Assembly: GCA_034669125.1 (NCBI GenBank)
Contig: JAXDOA010000018.1
Coordinates: 1 to 27,291, forward strand
Reading direction: 5' to 3'
DNA length: 27,291 nt
DNA from: Hyphomicrobiales bacterium
Lineage (GTDB): Bacteria > Pseudomonadota > Alphaproteobacteria > Rhizobiales > Xanthobacteraceae
Part shown: piece after piece, positions 26,163 through 27,291 of the stretch
Layout of the letters: each line of letters starts with the position of its first letter
How positions within the stretch are numbered: the stretch's first letter is position 1
Position numbers and translations under genes: made by a program
Notes under the pieces: generated by a model
Seen by the model: only the letters and a program-made list of their open reading frames with translations
What the model was told of the DNA's origin: nothing
The model's database searches: none

Positions 26163-26822
26163 ATGGCTGGGCCGCACGAAAGTCTTGAGCACGCCGAGCA
26201 CGCGGAGCACGCCGCGCACGAGGGTGGAAACAACAAGAAGATCGCGCTGATCATCTCGGTGCTGGCGCTGTTTCTTGCCTTCTCGGAAACCTTCGGCAAG
26301 AGCGCGCAAACGGCCGCGCTGAATGCCCAGATCGAAGCCTCGAACCTGTGGAATTTTTTCCAGGCCAAGAACATCCGCCGCACGATGACGATCGTGGCGA
26401 CCGAAATGGCCAAGGTCGACGCGGTTGCGGCAGGCACGGACCAGCATAAGGCCGCGCTCGCCAAGCAGATCGACGAGTGGACCAAGACGGCGGCGCGCTA
26501 TCAGTCGGAACCGGAAGCCGGTGGCGGCAAGGGCGAGGGGACGCGGGAGCTCTCGAAGCGCGCGATCGAGATGCAGAAGGATCGCGACCTTCAACTCAAC
26601 AAGTACCACAATTTCGAGTTTGCTTCGGCGGCGTTCCAGATCGGCATCGTGCTCGCGTCAGCCGCCGTCATCACCAGCATGATTGGACTGGCCTATGCGG
26701 CGATTGCTGTCGGACTGCTCGGCGCGGTGCTGACCGGCACGGGCCTGTTCATGCCGGATTTGCTGCACGACATTCTGCACTGGTTTGAAACGCTATTCGC
26801 CGGCGGCGGCGGGCATCACTAG
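26163..26822 (+). CDS. DUF4337-like membrane protein (219 aa)
   Basis: ATG 26163 with a GGGGAGG SD. EHAEHA N-terminus, W.FFQAKNIR and FQIGIVLASAAVIT motifs, with N- and C-terminal TM segments. Confidence 0.85.
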   Translation: MAGPHESLEHAEHAEHAAHEGGNNKKIALIISVLALFLAFSETFGKSAQTAALNAQIEASNLWNFFQAKNIRRTMTIVATEMAKVDAVAAGTDQHKAALAKQIDEWTKTAARYQSEPEAGGGKGEGTRELSKRAIEMQKDRDLQLNKYHNFEFASAAFQIGIVLASAAVITSMIGLAYAAIAVGLLGAVLTGTGLFMPDLLHDILHWFETLFAGGGGHH

Positions 26823-26824
26823 AG

Positions 26825-27291
26825 TCACTCCGCCGGCTGCGCGTAGGCGCGGCGGCGCAGCCGCGCGAGGCGGCGGAAGAAACGCCCCGGGCGGCCGGGT
26901 TTCATCAGCCAGCGCCAGCGGCGCATCGCGCGCTTGATGCGCGCCTTGATCGGATCGATCAGCGCATGCGCACGCCCGAGCCAGCGGAGCGCCAGTTCGT
27001 AGAGCCAGCGGAACCAGGCCATCTGCAGCAGCTTCGGCCGCGTCACCTCGAAGATGAACGCGGTCACGCCGAGGCCAAGCAGCTTTGCCAGCACGAGCAC
27101 GAGGATCGCGGCGATCCATTGGCGGTGGACGAGCAGGTAGACTTCAAGGAACTTGAGCGGCAACAGAACCAGAAACGGAACCACGAATACGATCAACACC
27201 GCCCAAGGCGGCAGCAATTCGACGAGCCGCGCGAGGCGCGCCTTAAGCTTGTCCCAGGCGATGAGATTGACGACCCACGCGACCAGCGGGC
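26825..27291 (-). CDS. Hypothetical membrane protein, 5' end outside the window
   Basis: The frame stays open to the window edge (..PLVAWVVNLIAWDKLKARLARLVELLPPW..). Hydrophobic core LAKLLGLGVTAFIFEVTRPKLLQMAWF and an Arg-rich tail. Confidence 0.8.
   Translation of the reverse strand, partial: PLVAWVVNLIAWDKLKARLARLVELLPPWAVLIVFVVPFLVLLPLKFLEVYLLVHRQWIAAILVLVLAKLLGLGVTAFIFEVTRPKLLQMAWFRWLYELALRWLGRAHALIDPIKARIKRAMRRWRWLMKPGRPGRFFRRLARLRRRAYAQPAE

Overview
GC-rich alphaproteobacterial chromosome segment. Gene order and repeat types suggest Hyphomicrobiales close to Bradyrhizobium or Xanthobacteraceae; this is an inference. The core backbone has three parts. The end of the F1 ATP synthase operon (atpD partial, atpC) lies on +. 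A minus-strand run reads proA-nadD-rsfS-rlmH ... envC-ctpA-divergent polysaccharide deacetylase-rppH. Divergent priA/xerC are followed by a DUF4337-like gene. About 9 kb of accessory genes sit between rlmH and envC: a tandem-PilZ gene, an Fe3+/AfuABC-type ABC transporter with a coupled secreted protein, an MFS transporter and a TPR-SAM methyltransferase. The clearest unexplained structure is a 128-bp diverged, frameshifted second copy of the rlmH 3' end. Together with the real rlmH end it brackets the PilZ gene like an attL/attR scar. Other notable points: a translationally coupled rppH-GNAT-rppH2 cassette flanked by palindromic repeats; five different REP-like palindromes; three CtrA-like boxes; three candidate leaderless genes; a probable local inversion (proA without proB, priA without atpH); and several uncharacterised secreted proteins. 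I found no rRNA, tRNA, CRISPR array, transposase or phage gene. All product calls rest on motif recognition, not database searches.
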